A DNA stretch of 63,148 nucleotides, the filler included, from Octopus bimaculoides (Eukaryota): NCBI RefSeq assembly GCF_001194135.2. It is 4 parts of 4 records of this genome, joined end to end, with 100 filler letters (N's around TTAATTAATTAA, not from the genome) between each part and the next. Parts side by side here need not be neighbours in the genome. Positions count along the whole stretch, not along the records: positions 1 to 21,669 come from NC_068982.1; positions 21,770 to 47,617 come from NC_069006.1; 2 more parts are not named here. The stretch is one strand, 5' to 3'. Under the pieces are notes generated by a model. The model saw only the letters and a program-made list of their open reading frames with translations. It was not told where the DNA came from and ran no database searches. The position numbers and the translations under genes are program-made. How positions within the stretch are numbered: position 1 is the first letter of the stretch; each line of letters opens with the position of its first letter. Below, in pieces: positions 14,342-25,186 of this stretch.

Positions 14342-15327
14342 CCCTTACGTTACTATATTTCTAACCAAAATACATGCCTTATGAGAATTAAATTCTAAAA
14401 TAATCATGAATTTAGACTAGTTTCATTAAACAACTGTAACACAGTCAATGAGGGGTCTTATTTTAAATAAGGGATCAAAGTTTGGTTTTCCACATACTGG
14501 GGTACTACTAGTGTCTCTCACGTGTAAATACTGACTCAATTTCACAAATCGTGTCCTTGATATAATACTGGAAATGTACTGATCTCCAAAAGGTTCCTGA
14601 TTGCTCCAGTAATTTGTAATTCTGGGTAATTGTCTTATACCCATAATAATATTAACGGCAAAAAATGCCTGTATTTCTTCTACGCTTGTGAGAAACCACA
14701 AGCTATCTTTTTTTTCCAGTTTGTTTCCGCAGTGATCGCTTCAAACAAGCTTACTGGAAAGAATAAGAAAAAAAGTCCAACAGTTTTGCTTTCTGAGAAA
14801 GACTATGAGTAGATCCAGTCTCCTCAGAAAAATTGGTGATGGAAATATTTTTCAACTTCTTACTCCATTCAGGTATAAAATCGTCCTCACTGTTGCTATC
14901 ATCGCTTTCAATTTCTTCAGAATTGCTGCTTTCAGTTTTGGATACAGAAATATCTGATTCATTTACATACACCACGTGCTTTTGTAGTTCACTCATACTT
15001 TTGCTTGATTTCTCAATATCTTCTGTTGAAAAGCCCTTTAATACTGAATCACTCCTATCCATTTTAAAAGTTGAAAAAAATCGCCACAAAAAAAATGTGG
15101 AAAAACATCTCCCAAAATTTACAGAGATCAGATATCACATCAATGTCAGATACTATAACTTGACTATTTACAAAGTGAAATCATGTGTTTTCACACATGT
15201 ACTAATGAGATTTGTGCTGTAATTCACATTTAAATAACAATGGGTTTGCCTAGCTGGCTACAGCTGGGTTGGTCATTTGAGCAAAAAAATTTTTCAGCTG
15301 GCTGCGGCTGGGTTGATAGCAAAAGGG
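14342..15327 (-). mobile_element. Internally deleted, frameshifted piggyBac transposon in CACYBP intron 3
   Basis: Ends TTAA|CCCTTTT (TTAA 15328-15331) and TTGA|CCCTTAC (14338-14341). ATG at 15062 starts an acidic N-terminus (MDRSDS...EW...NFSEETG...LDFF), then LFFPVSLFEAITAETN, then EEIQAFFAVNIIMGIRQLPRITNYWS...ISRTRFVKLSQYLHV...FDPLFKIRPLID, all piggyBac motifs. Frameshifts at a T7 and an A8 run; catalytic DDD core missing. Confidence 0.88.
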
Positions 15328-15356
15328 TTAAGAGTGTAAAAAAAAGTTCGACTTAC

Positions 15357-15453
15357 TTTTCTTCAAAATTACATGTTATGTTTTCTTTAGATAACTGTTG
15401 AATATTTTTAAGATCAATATATATTTTCATGTATTTATTAGACTGATCCCAAG
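15357..15453 (-). CDS. CACYBP: CACYBP coding exon 3 (CS domain, first part)
   Basis: Acceptor ctttcag|CTTGGGAT, donor GAAGAAAA|gtaagt; (A)WDQSNKYMKIYIDLKNIQQLSKENITCNFEE(K). Confidence 0.95.
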
Positions 15454-15549
15454 CTGAAAGAAAAATACGTAAATATTAGACCAAAAGTTTTAAGTAATTT
15501 AAAAGAAAATGTTTAAATAGACAGGATCACAATATATCAAAATCCTAAG

Positions 15550-15735
15550 ACAGTGAGCTGGTAGAATCATTAGCACACTAGGCAAAATGCTCAGCAGCAT
15601 TTCATTCTCAGGACGTCAGCTTTGCTGTTTATCCCTTTGGGGGTCTATAGAATAAGTACCAGTTGAGCACTGGGGTTGATCTAATCAACTTAGTCCTCCT
15701 CAAATTGCTGGCCTTGTGCCAAAACATGAAAGCAA
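15550..15735 (+). mobile_element. SINE family C (intron 2); inverted partial copies at about 19430-19555, 9320-9400 and 7000-7110
   Basis: gtgagctggtagaatcattagc...aataagtaccagttgagcactgggg...gccttgtgccaaaa; shared aggtcaactttgcct..catccttt motif in the other copies. Confidence 0.65.
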
Positions 15736-15851
15736 TAAATCAAAAACCTCATTTCTAACATAATCACAAGACAAGAAATTTGGAGGAAGGGAAAGTAAAG
15801 AAATATTTAGTTTATTGTATCAACCACCATACTTGACTGATATATATATAT

Positions 15852-16001
15852 AGGCATATACACAGGAGTGGCTGTTTGGTAAGTAGCTTGCTTACCAACC
15901 ACATGGTTCCAGGTTCAGTCCCACTGCATGGACCTATAGTCTCAGGCCGACAAAAGCCTTTTGAGTGGATTTGGTAGGTGGAAACTGAAAGAAGCCCATT
16001 G
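15852..16001 (+). mobile_element. SINE family A (intron 2)
   Basis: ggagtggctgtttggtaagtagcttgcttaccaaccacatggttccaggttcagtcccactg...ggaaactgaaagaagccc. Confidence 0.85.
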
Positions 16002-16105
16002 TATGTATGTATATATATAAATAGATATATTTAATAAATGTCATTATGGTAAACCAAGCATAAAGATGATGGTGATAATGTCATTATTAAAAGAAAAAAA
16101 CTCAC

Positions 16106-16298
16106 CATAGGTACTTAACTCAACAGTGACACAACGGCTTTGAGGATTTGTAGCCGCTTTCTCACTTGCACATGCTTTCACTTTCATGGCAGAAAGTTCT
16201 GATTGTAGTTTCACCAATTCCTTCTGAAGAATATTTTTTACATATGGTCTTTCAGCTTTCTCTGTAAGTATTATCATCTCTTCAACATCCTTTTGAAC
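16106..16298 (-). CDS. CACYBP: CACYBP coding exon 2 (N-terminal helical/dimerisation domain and linker)
   Basis: Acceptor ttttaatttttggcag|GTTCAA, donor TATG|gtgag; encodes VQKDVEEM...VELSTY+1 nt; overlaps ORF 16044..16277. Confidence 0.93.
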
Positions 16299-17189
16299 CT
16301 GCCAAAAATTAAAACAAATGGTTATTAGTTCCTCTTAGCTGGACGATTAGAACTGGATGTGGATACAGGAACAGAACTACAGTTAGAAAGGGATGTTATA
16401 TTGATTTCTCTTTCTGAAATTATCACCATTCTTTCCGTAAAGAACGGTGAGACTGCAAAATAGTGAGACTTGGGCACTGTCTGTGGTAAATCACTGGAGG
16501 TTGGGAAGTGAGATTTGAAACCTTAGAAAGAAACAACAGAAACATTCACTACATAGCACCATCAAGATTCAATATCCACTTTCCATGCTGGCAGGAGTTG
16601 GACAATTTGACAGGAGCTGGCAAGTTGCAAAGCCACGTTGAGCTTCAATATCAACCACGGGACAGTGGACTGTGTGCTTTTCTCATGTTACTGGCACTAG
16701 TAAGGTTGTTCAGTAACTTGAACAGAAGAACAAGGAGGGGGGAAGAAAAGGCTCTCACTACAAAATGGGGAGTATTTGAGAGGAGAATGTGGTTATAAGT
16801 TGGATGTTAAAAGGCTAAATGTAAGCACAGGTATCTAGCTATAGAGGAGATATATGGCTACCTGCTATTATATATGAAGGTGCAATTAAAGGAAATACCA
16901 AAATACAGAGGTGTAAATTGAGAGATATATAGTTTCAGTTAAGAGAATACATCAGAAAGTTGTAGAATGATGCAAAAGGTATCAGAGTGGAGGAGAGGGA
17001 GATAAGGAGGTACATGAGGAAGCTATAGTAAGGGGCTTGATGAAAGGGCATTGAGAATGGGGAAAGATCTGTGTTTAGAGAAAAGAGAAATTAGTGGGTA
17101 AAAGCGCAAAAGAAGGTGATAAATGGAAATAGTGTGGGTCGGGAAACCTGTTTAACTGATCCGAGCATGGAACAACAGACATAAAAATG

Positions 17190-18341
17190 CCGGTTTCAGC
17201 AACTGATGTTATGTGATTTTGAATGAGTCATTTTACTATTGCATTTGTTAAATTCTTGTAATCTTAGTGATTTTTCATTCCACTTTGTGAGATGGGCAGT
17301 ACCTACAACCAACTGCTCTTGCGTTCCTAGTGCATTGGCTATGTCACGGTAAGTACTTGCCTGTATATTCAAGTTATCTGATGAAATGAGATTATTTTTC
17401 TGTAAAAGATCATTCCATGGAAGTGAGTGTTTCCAGTAGCTTTTAGTGACTAGCTTTGGCAAAAGATATACCTGGCATTTTTTATGTATTTGAATGATCT
17501 AAATTTGAAAGTCCTGTTCAACTTTTCTGTCATTTCACTTAGATCAAGTTTCATTTAGTATGACTTAGCAGATATTTGGTTACATACATAGGCACAGGTG
17601 AGGCTGAGTGGTTAAGAAGCATGCTTCCTAATCATGTGGCTTTGGGTTCAGATTCAATGCATGACACTTTGGGCAAGTATCTTCTACTATAGCCCTGGGC
17701 TGATCTAAACCTTGTGAGTGGATTTGGTTGATGGAAACTGAAAGATGCCTGTCATATATGTACATACATGCATGTGTCTTTGTGTTTGTTCCTGCACCAC
17801 TGATTGACAACCAGTGTTGGTTTGTTTACACCCCCTGTAACTTGACAGTTTCACAAAAGAGACCAATAGAATAAGAACCAGGCTTAAATGAGTAATGGGG
17901 TTGACTTGTTTAACTAAACCCTTGAAGGCATGTAGTCCAATGACTAAAACAAAAGTAAAAGATATAAGTACCTGGAATTGGTATCCAAAGTAGTGAAATA
18001 TTTAATGCTATTCCCAATATATACATATGAGCAAGCTTTCTTTCAGATATTCAATATAAAATCCAAATACAGAAAGAGGATGAATGTAGAACCTGATCTC
18101 TGCTTAAAACTGACAACCATTGCACCAGACATCCACAAAGCAGCACCAACTACTCCCTTAAGTGCTTGATTATTGCCATTTATTTAATTATATCTTTCAA
18201 TTGAGAGATTAAACTAGGAAAACAAGCCTGCTATTAATTAATAAAATCAGCTTGTTAGATCTTTCAAAAGCCTGGGGGTCCACATGACAATCTGTTTCAA
18301 CATAAGGGGTCCTAAAAAGTGAAAAAAATTGGGAACCACAG
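17190..18341 (+). mobile_element. Decayed hAT (Charlie/Buster-like) transposase relic in CACYBP intron 1, interrupted by a SINE
   Basis: Fragments LCEMGSTYNQLL, VHWLCHGK, DEMRLF, YLAFFMYLNDLNLK (17200-17520) and dimerisation domain KYLELVSKVVKYLMLFPIYTYEQAFFQIFNIKSKYRKRMNVEPDLCLKLTTIAPDI (about 17966-18170); 3' end aaaaattgggaaccacag resembles a hAT TIR. Confidence 0.75.
17591..17962 (+). mobile_element. SINE family A with long 3' extension, inserted in the hAT relic
   Basis: Full head, core ctttgggcaagtatcttctactatagcc and tail aaaagagaccaatagaataag...actaaacccttgaagg. Confidence 0.8.
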
Positions 18342-20399
18342 TTTTAAAGTAAAATACTTCTAGAGCAAGAAATACTAAAGATTAAAGAAATGTCTGAAGT
18401 GTGTCCTTAGAGATGCAGTGCTGTTTTTGTGGAACCTGGATTAGTATATCCCTTTCTTGTGACAGAGCCAAAAGGGGAGGAAGGAGGGAGGGGGAAATAA
18501 ATGGTGATGAGAATCAAAACAGTTGAAAGAATGAAAGCATAGTACGAGTGATTTTAGTGGGAAGAGTAAAGCAGGTCTCATTTTGGAAGCAACGGGTCAG
18601 GTATAGCCTAACGGTGATTTTGAAACTGGTCTTCCGAGAATGTAAATTACTGAATAATTTATAACCTGATGCTACTTTTTTCTTTTTTAAAGAAACGATA
18701 TTACAAATTTCTCCTGACGTCGAATGATATATTCCAAGTGCCAACGCATGAAACTCTCGATCCTTGAGTTAATCTGTTGCTTCTGCTAGATATCAATAAA
18801 AATATACATCTACTCATAGTTTGAGTTCTAGTTTACCTGTTTGCATCACTATACCTGGTATTCATATACTGAATAAAGCATGACTATCCTCATAATCATT
18901 TTCTTTTAGAATTCGGAGAAAAACTAAGCCTTGTTTCACTTCCATTTCTTTCACTTTAAAAAGGCATTTCCTATTTCTGGATTTCAGTGTTAACCCTTTG
19001 AAGCAATTTTTTTTTTAATTAAAGAAGAGCAGACTAATACATTGTTCAGATTGATGAATATATACGTAGCTTTATTTTTTTGCTTCTAAAATTTTTAATT
19101 TTAGAAGAAAAAATACAGAATCGTTATCTTCAACGTTTAAAACAAAAATTCAAAGAAAATGTCGAACTTTCGAAACTGCCAAATTTAATAACTCCTTTTA
19201 TTATTGCAATTTTCTGGATTTAATAATTATTATAATAATTACGAATTTTTTGCTATTGTTTATTATTATTCCCCACTCCCTATTTCGATCATTTTTATAA
19301 TAATTAAAAATTCTAAACAATCTTTTTACAGAATTCATTCGTGGTAGCGTTATTAGAAACCATTGAAATTTGACTGCCACTTCTCATCAAAATAATTTTT
19401 TTTGAAATTTCCTCTTCAGTAAAATAATGATTGTTTCAAATTTAGGCATAAATTGATTTTATCAACCTCGAAAGGATGTAAGGCAAAGTTGACCTCGGCG
19501 GAATGGTGAACTCAGAATGTAAGGAGCTGGTAGAAATGCCTTTAAGCGTTTTGAATATTTATCAGTATAAATAAGCAACGCTATGCATATATACGCCAAG
19601 AAATATTTGCCATATCAGAGACTATGTTTTGCTTTATATATTTTACATTTCAGAAATGTAAATGTTATGTCTTGTGTGTATTTGATATAAACAGCTATCA
19701 ATCTCTCGAGACAGAAAATTAGAGTACCTGTTCTCGGACAAATCCGATGAAGGGAAATCAAAACATAGACAATATTTTTCAGATCTAACGAGTAAAACAG
19801 AAAATATTTTCCTGTCCACAGCAAGTTTCATAATTTAAGAATTGTCGTTATACTGGTATTGAAAATAAAAGTTCAGTATGTTTATATATGAGGGTAGCTA
19901 ATTAATATCTATGTGGATAAATTATTGAATAATGAAAGTATTATAGTTTTTTGTTTATTTCCACGAAATTTTCATTTCAATTTCACTTTCTGCACGTCAA
20001 TGCTTAAGGTCCGTAAAAAACGCTCCTTGCACGATAAAATAACTTTCACACCCAGCGTTAATTATTTTACATTGAAATAAATATTTTATACCTAGTAAAA
20101 ATTTGTGTTTAATATCTCTCTATAACAATTGTTTTTCAGGTGAACCTCATTGTCACACAATGATTAAACAGTTTTTCTTTTATTATTCATACAAAGATAG
20201 AATAAATCATTTTCAGCAGAAAACTAAATTCCATTAAAAACGCGACCCTTTCCAATGTATGAACATCAAATGCTGTTGCCATCAAGTAAAGAATTGCAAC
20301 GAAAAGAGTGATGGCGGTCAAAAGAGTGGTAAAACATTTCAAGAAGCTGTTTTCTTTTTTTTCTTCATTTTTTTTTCTTGGGATAAATAGAAGAAATAG

Positions 20400-20815
20400 T
20401 GAGTTATAAACCAAAGGCATGGTTGATCACCATCTCACTTGAAAGCAGTAAAGCCTGCGTATCGATCAAGTGACTGCAATATATTCTAGAATTTGGTAAA
20501 ACTATCAAGTCAATGAATATCAATGTTAAGTTTGTCACATTCATAATTTATTTTCAATCCGTCAGATCCCTTGATACACACAAGTCACATTTTATTCTAA
20601 CAACAGAACCCCTTTCGCGGTTCACAAACTGTTTTATTCATACAAGCCATCACGAGTTTCTTAAGCAGATATGAACAGAGTGAGTTATACACAGAGCATT
20701 GACACTTTTAAAAAAAAATTTTGATAAAAGATTCATATCACGTTGTAATAAGTGTAGGAAAAAAACTCGTGTTAGGTGTGTGCGAATTGTTTCTGTAGAT
20801 CTTTCTAGAAAATGA
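20400..20815 (+). mobile_element. Possible piggyBac C-terminal relic (cysteine-rich domain)
   Basis: 20729 onward reads RFISRCNKCRKKTRVRCVRIVSVDLS, a Cx2C-x7-C pattern like the piggyBac CRD; weak GM..VD-like remnant upstream. Confidence 0.4.
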
Positions 20816-21106
20816 AACAAGAAAAAAAAAATACGGGTGAAAACATCCCAAGAACAGTTAAACACCTAATGAATTAGTTCTAAATTTTCTTTTGTAACAA
20901 GATACCCCGAAAGAATCAATTATTTTATTAAACTAATATAAATAGACTAGCGTGAGACGATGATAAAAATCATCAGAAAATTTGAACGTGATTCAGTAAA
21001 TTTTATGAGATATTTAAGCATTAACTGAATATAAATTCTAGGTCATAATTTTCAAAAAAATCCTAAATATGTAAAAGCAAACTGGTGAAATCATTTCTCT
21101 ACTTAC

Positions 21107-21127
21107 ATCTTCTAGTTTTCTCGACAT
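21107..21127 (-). CDS. CACYBP: CACYBP coding exon 1 (MSRKLED)
   Basis: Minus strand tttacaATGTCGAGAAAACTAGAAGAT|gtaagt: A at -3, consensus donor, phase 0 joining VQKD of exon 2; short first exon in the CpG-richer 5' zone. Confidence 0.8.
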
Positions 21128-21247
21128 TGTAAATTATAAGAGGGAAACTGACTACACAACGTTAATATGATTTCGATTTCGGTAGGTGCGAGTTTGATAT
21201 GGTAGTAATCATAGTAGAGAGCTCTACGGACAAGGGAACTAATAACT

Positions 21248-21257
21248 AACGGAAGTG
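21248..21257. promoter_or_regulatory. ETS-type motif (AACGGAAGTG) in the putative CACYBP promoter
   Basis: CGGAAGTG about 120 bp upstream of the ATG in CpG-containing sequence; typical of housekeeping promoters. Motif match only. Confidence 0.35.
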
Positions 21258-21507
21258 CATTTATTCATTTTCACAAGTGTGCACAAACGCACATGACATA
21301 TGTCAGTAAATTTTCCTTGTCATACCTATACAAATGTGTCGCATTCCTGAATTAGTTTCCTCGTAACTTTCAGAAAAATAAATAATTTTTAAATGAAATT
21401 TTCGACAAATACCTTTCGGATGGTGTAGATCACGATTATATCGAAATTTAATGCGGTGGTGGGGAACTGGTGGTTGCGCACTCATCCAAATTTTCAAAAT
21501 TTCAGTT

Positions 21508-21669
21508 TCATCATCATCATCGTTTAACGTCCGCTTTCCATGTTAGCATGGGTTGGACGATTTGACTGAGGAATGGTGAAACCAGATGGCTACACCAGGC
21601 TCCAATCTGATTTGGCAGAGTTTCTACAGCTGGATGCCCTTCCTAATGCCAACCACTCCGAGAGTGTAG
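21508..21669 (-). mobile_element. RTE-related 3' tail ending in (GAT)n
   Basis: Revcomp ...ggcattaggaagggcatccagc...ccaacccatgctaacatggaaagcggacgttaaacgatgatgatg; decayed + copy at about 3105-3195. Confidence 0.65.
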
Positions 21670-21769
21670 NNNNNNNNNNNNNNNNNNNNNNNNNNNNNNN
21701 NNNNNNNNNNNNNTTAATTAATTAANNNNNNNNNNNNNNNNNNNNNNNNNNNNNNNNNNNNNNNNNNNN
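21670..21769. other. Artificial 100-bp gap: 44 N + TTAATTAATTAA + 44 N (also 47618-47717 and 61096-61195)
   Basis: Three identical constructs; the palindromic 12-mer has TAA in all six frames. Confidence 0.95.
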
Positions 21770-21811
<42 letters not shown>

Positions 21812-21873
21812 TACACACACATACACTGTAGTATAAACACAGTCATATATATGGTTGATTATGCATATATTTG

Positions 21874-21904
<31 letters not shown>

Positions 21905-21930
21905 CTATATATACGTATCTTTTTATTTTT

Positions 21931-22523
21931 ATCGTTTTAGTCACTTGACTGCGGCCATGCTGGAGCACCATGTTGGGTTTCAGACAAATGAATCGACTCC
22001 AGGACTTATCTGTTTTTAAACCTAGTAATTATTCTATCGGTCACTTTAGCCCAGCGGCTAAATAACCGAGACGTACACGTCCCGGTTATTTGTGATGCAA
22101 TGGTGGGGGACAAACAAAGACACACACACACACACACGTGGGCTTCTTTCAGTTTCCGTCTACCAAATCTACTCAGAAGGCTTTGTCGGCCCGAGGCTAT
22201 CCAGTTACGAGAAAAACAACTTTACATTAATTTAATGGTATACTCTTTACTTTTGTGGAAAACAAATTTATTAGTCTTAAACAAGTTTCAGCCTGTTAAG
22301 CTATCGTTAGGAGTCCGATGATAGCTTAATTGGTCGAAACTTCGAAGTCACTGTCAACAGCATTCTTGTTTAAGAATTGTGTTTACGTCAACGAAATCCA
22401 CTCGCAAGGCTTTAGTCGACTCGGGGCTGTAATAGAAGACACTTGGCCAATGTGTCGCGCAGTGGGACTGAACCGAAGACCATTTCTGGTTGAGAAGCAA
22501 GCATCTTACCACGCGGCCATACC
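21931..22523 (-). mobile_element. Two adjacent SINE family A copies (21931-22200 and 22381-22523)
   Basis: gggcttctttcagtttccgtctaccaaatc and gtgggactgaacc motifs in reverse orientation. Confidence 0.75.
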
Positions 22524-22780
22524 ACATCCAACCACGCATACGCATACATTCACGCAACCTATACAAAAAAGCTCAAATACACACACACACTCACACACAC
22601 ATTCAGTTTATTGTTTGCTGTAGATCAGTAAAGTGGTGAAAATTATTGGGCAATTAAAAAAAGTTAATGAGAGGAATGAAACTGATCGTTTAAAGCCATT
22701 AATAATAACGTTGAGCAGCTGTTGATTGGGTGGAGAAAGACAGGCGGAATGAGAGAGTGAAAGAGAAGGAGGGATGGACA

Positions 22781-22869
22781 GAGAGAGAGGGTGAGGCTGT
22801 AAAAGGGAGAGAGAGAGAGGGTGAGGCTGTAAAAGGGAGAGAGAGAGAGGGTGAGGCTGTAAAAGGGAG
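22781..22869. repeat. 30-bp tandem repeat (gagagagagggtgaggctgtaaaagggaga) x3, running into a gap
   Basis: Identical units at 22781, 22811 and 22841. Confidence 0.95.
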
Positions 22870-24004
22870 NNNNNNNNNNNNNNNNNNNNNNNNNNNNNNN
22901 NNNNNNNNNNNNNNNNNNNNNNNNNNNNNNNNNNNNNNNNNNNNNNNNNNNNNNNNNNNNNNNNNNNNNNNNNNNNNNNNNNNNNNNNNNNNNNNNNNNN
23001 NNNNNNNNNNNNNNNNNNNNNNNNNNNNNNNNNNNNNNNNNNNNNNNNNNNNNNNNNNNNNNNNNNNNNNNNNNNNNNNNNNNNNNNNNNNNNNNNNNNN
23101 NNNNNNNNNNNNNNNNNNNNNNNNNNNNNNNNNNNNNNNNNNNNNNNNNNNNNNNNNNNNNNNNNNNNNNNNNNNNNNNNNNNNNNNNNNNNNNNNNNNN
23201 NNNNNNNNNNNNNNNNNNNNNNNNNNNNNNNNNNNNNNNNNNNNNNNNNNNNNNNNNNNNNNNNNNNNNNNNNNNNNNNNNNNNNNNNNNNNNNNNNNNN
23301 NNNNNNNNNNNNNNNNNNNNNNNNNNNATACACACCCACATGTGTGTACATATACACGCGCACACACATATATATATATATACATAAATATTTAATCATG
23401 TACATATACAAACATACACAGAGAAACATGCACACACACACATATATATACACGTATATATGCATGTACATATATGTGTGTGTGTGTATTTATATGCATA
23501 TATGTGCGTATTTAATACACGTATTTATATACACATAAACACATTTATGAATACACAAGTACATACAATGAACTACATATACATACATGCATACATACAC
23601 ACATACACGTTTATAGTGATAGATACACACAAACACAGATATACACACACATCTACGCACACATACATACACATCCGTGCAACTGCATATACACATTTAC
23701 ACTGCAGACGTAATAAACATACAATAGCATTTAATACCCAAGATGAAAAGAACCGCGGGCTATCGATTAAATGGGTCCACACACACACACACACACACAC
23801 ACATCAATATCCGTTTTGAGATTTTTATTTTGTTTACTTTTTATTAATTTTGGTTTCTGTAATTTTTTTGTTGTCTTTTCAAAAAGCTGACAGACTGGTA
23901 TATGAAATCGATATTGTATTTTGTCTTTGATGTTTGAATATCGGCGAGTTCGCGGGACATAGGTTAAATCGCTCACAGTAGAATGTATGTGTGTGTGTGT
24001 GTGT

Positions 24005-24350
24005 GAAGAAGCGTGGATTAGTGGTTAGGGGTGTTCGGATCAAGATCGTAAGCTCGATACCTGAGCGCGTGTTGGGTCCTTCAGCAAGGCATTTTATTTC
24101 ACGTTGCTGCAGTCCATTTTCGTTTGCAAACATGAGTTGTACCTGTCATTCAAAAGATCCAGCCCCAGTCACATTCTGTGTCACGCTGAATCTCCCTGAG
24201 AACTGCGTTAGGGATACACGTGTCTGTGGAGAACTGCGTTAGGGATACACTTGTCTGTGGGTCAGCCGCTTGCACGTGAATCTCACATGCAGGCTGTTCC
24301 GTTGATCGGATCAACTGAAATCCTCATCATTGTGACTGACGGAGTGCCAG
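24005..24350 (+). mobile_element. tRNA-derived SINE family B with a 31-bp internal tandem duplication (24198-24259)
   Basis: gtccttcagcaaggcattttatttcacgttgct...gaatctccctgagaact...ctgttccgttgatcggatcaactg...gacggagtgcc; homologous to the 33095, 42575 and 54904 copies. Confidence 0.8.
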
Positions 24351-25102
24351 TGCGTGTGTCTCTTTTACCTTTCCTTTTGCTTGTTTCAGTCATTGGACAG
24401 CGACCATGCTGTGCCACCACCTTGGAGGAGCAGGTTGAACAAAACGACTACCCGAAGATTATGTCATTGGTAAATGATGTGTTTGTAAATTATACAGCCA
24501 TTTTACATTGTAAACGGGGCGGCGAGGTGGAATTGTTCCTAGAGCGTTGGATAAAAGACTTCGCATTGTTTCAGAACAATATGTTCCGAGTTCAAATGCT
24601 GCCGAGGTTAATAGTTTCTTCTATTATTCTTTCAGGGCCGAGAAAATGTACAAATACAGGGTTGGTGGAACTGTTGGAGATTCAGGTGAGTTATCTTATG
24701 GCAGGTGTTAGTTGTGACGGTTTGCATTCGTGGTCTTTCTCTTGGATAAACATCAGTGATGGTGGTGGTGGTGGTGGTGGTGGTGGTGGGGGAAATGAAA
24801 GGTCAACTGATTGTCTTCTTTCCCAAAAGAGCTTACCCAGGTCTGCTCAAATACGTGCAGGTGTATGGGGGTCAACCATAAATTCACAAGAATTTCCCTG
24901 CTAAACCTAATGCTGGTGTGAGAAGACCCCCCCCCCAATATGATCCAGTATAACGAAAGCACCGAGTGGATATGAAATGGGTTCTCTTCTCGAGAGCTAT
25001 GCCTCTGACGAAAGACAACTGATATCACTTGTTTCAGTCATTTCCATCTAAGATTTAAGCTTAAATAGTTTTGTTTTCCCAGAATAATTGCACTTCATGT
25101 CT

Positions 25103-25186
25103 GACGCTCTGATGAAGCTGTAAGGTGCTATTCAGGCACTCAGTTATGCGTTCCACCGCATCTTATACCGGAAACAGTTGTAAGTT
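25103..25186 (+). ncRNA. Degenerate type I hammerhead ribozyme motif (family 3)
   Basis: GCU-CUGAUGA-A-GCUGUAAGGUGC...GCAUCUUAUACC-G-GAAAC-AGUU-GUA-AGU; about 12-bp stem II with one mismatch and a bulged G, near-palindromic helix III ACAGUUGU, 3-bp stem I. Confidence 0.5.

Larger units (their letters stand above)
8499..21127 (-). other. CACYBP: CACYBP/SIP gene span (start codon to stop), 6 coding exons, 218 aa
   Basis: Manually spliced product: [218 protein letters not shown]. It has an N-terminal helical domain, a CS domain (YxWDQS..K..KIYI.L) and an SGS domain (DPSEGIM..LK.IY.DGDD.MKRTI.KAW), colinear with vertebrate CacyBP as I recall it. Exon lengths 21+193+97+100+101+145=657 nt; phases 0,1,2,0,2 are all compatible. 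Confidence 0.95.

Noticed and set aside
20187-20420. Hydrophobic, transmembrane-looking ORF in intron 1
   Set aside because: No minus-strand acceptor or donor; AT-rich DNA readily gives F/L/I-rich frames.
24251-24904. 217-aa plus-strand ORF
   Set aside because: Runs through a SINE B 3' half and a (GGT)n tract; no domain similarity or splice signals.
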